This document shows, piece after piece, positions 63,436 through 64,000 of a stretch of DNA of 64,000 nt. The translations under genes and the position numbers were made by a program. Position 1 is the first letter of the stretch, and the number at the start of each line of letters is the position of its first letter. The notes under the pieces were generated by a model. The model saw only the letters and a program-made list of their open reading frames with translations, was not told where the DNA came from and made no database searches. Origin of the DNA: Nitrosopumilus sp. (GTDB lineage Archaea > Thermoproteota > Nitrososphaeria > Nitrososphaerales > Nitrosopumilaceae); NCBI GenBank assembly GCA_965197525.1, contig OZ240211.1, forward strand, positions 768,001-832,000, given 5' to 3'.

Positions 63436-64000
63436 TTAGAGTATCTGTTTTAACAATTTTTTTAATTCTTTTATCATTTGTGCCATTGTTGGGATCTCTT
63501 CATCTTTCAACCATATTAGACCCTCTTCACTTTGTAAATCTAACTTTTCAACAATGTTTTCAGGAAAAAATTGTTTAACGCTTGTATATTCTGCACCTCT
63601 AAGTTTTAATTTTTCTATAAACAATTTTTTTATTTTATCGTTGTCAATTTCTTCTGTTTTTAACAATCGCCATACATCATAGTAATCTCTTATGTAACCT
63701 CTTTCTATAATTGCACAAAGTTTTTCTGCTAAAATGGTTGAAATCGAATATACTTTCACCATTAAATCTGGATAATCAAAAATTTTGAATAATTTCTTAT
63801 CTTCAATATCTCCTATTGTGTTTTCTAATGTAATCTCAATTTTTACAGTTCCCGTACCTATTTTGCCATTATATGAAAATCTAGTGCGTATAAATTTTGG
63901 ATTTATGTATGGATCTCCTTTTTGCCTAATATCTAAATTACAAGATTTTTTTATTATTTTTGGCAATTCATTTTGCAATGTTTTTCCGAATGTTTCAAAT
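63436..64000 (-). CDS. AbiEii-family nucleotidyltransferase, partial (start beyond the window)
   Basis: ILAEKLCAIIERGYIRDYYDVW motif; the frame is open to the window edge. Confidence 0.8.
   Translation of the reverse strand, partial: FETFGKTLQNELPKIIKKSCNLDIRQKGDPYINPKFIRTRFSYNGKIGTGTVKIEITLENTIGDIEDKKLFKIFDYPDLMVKVYSISTILAEKLCAIIERGYIRDYYDVWRLLKTEEIDNDKIKKLFIEKLKLRGAEYTSVKQFFPENIVEKLDLQSEEGLIWLKDEEIPTMAQMIKELKKLLKQIL

Overview
64 kb of an AT-rich Nitrosopumilaceae (Thaumarchaeota) chromosome, possibly host-associated given the pseudogenes, IS remnants and giant surface protein. Core genes: rpoH-rpoB-rpoA(fused)-LSm, rpl30e-nusA-rps12-rps7, rps13-rps4, glmS, cobT, nnrE, mdh, larB/larC/larE+iscS, a CDF/ZIP/two-domain multicopper oxidase cluster, PEFG-CTERM and CFI-box surface proteins, and two tRNAs (one with two introns). 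The main discovery is a family of five tnpB-derived elements bounded by IS6-like terminal inverted repeats (GGTTCTGT...) rather than the hairpin ends expected of IS200/IS605. Three have perfect 8-bp target-site duplications. Three elements encode TnpB with the catalytic residues intact. Two are deletion derivatives that keep the predicted omegaRNA region, which shows compensatory base changes. Because the omegaRNA 3' end lies inside the TIR, the guide would be carried by the element rather than taken from the insertion site. No matching transposase is in the window. A small accessory island at 56-60.7 kb holds an AbiE type IV TA pair with two matching palindromic operators, a Doc remnant, a 39-bp periodic array and a repeat-spacer-repeat unit. 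All calls are by eye from sequence motifs; no database searches were run.
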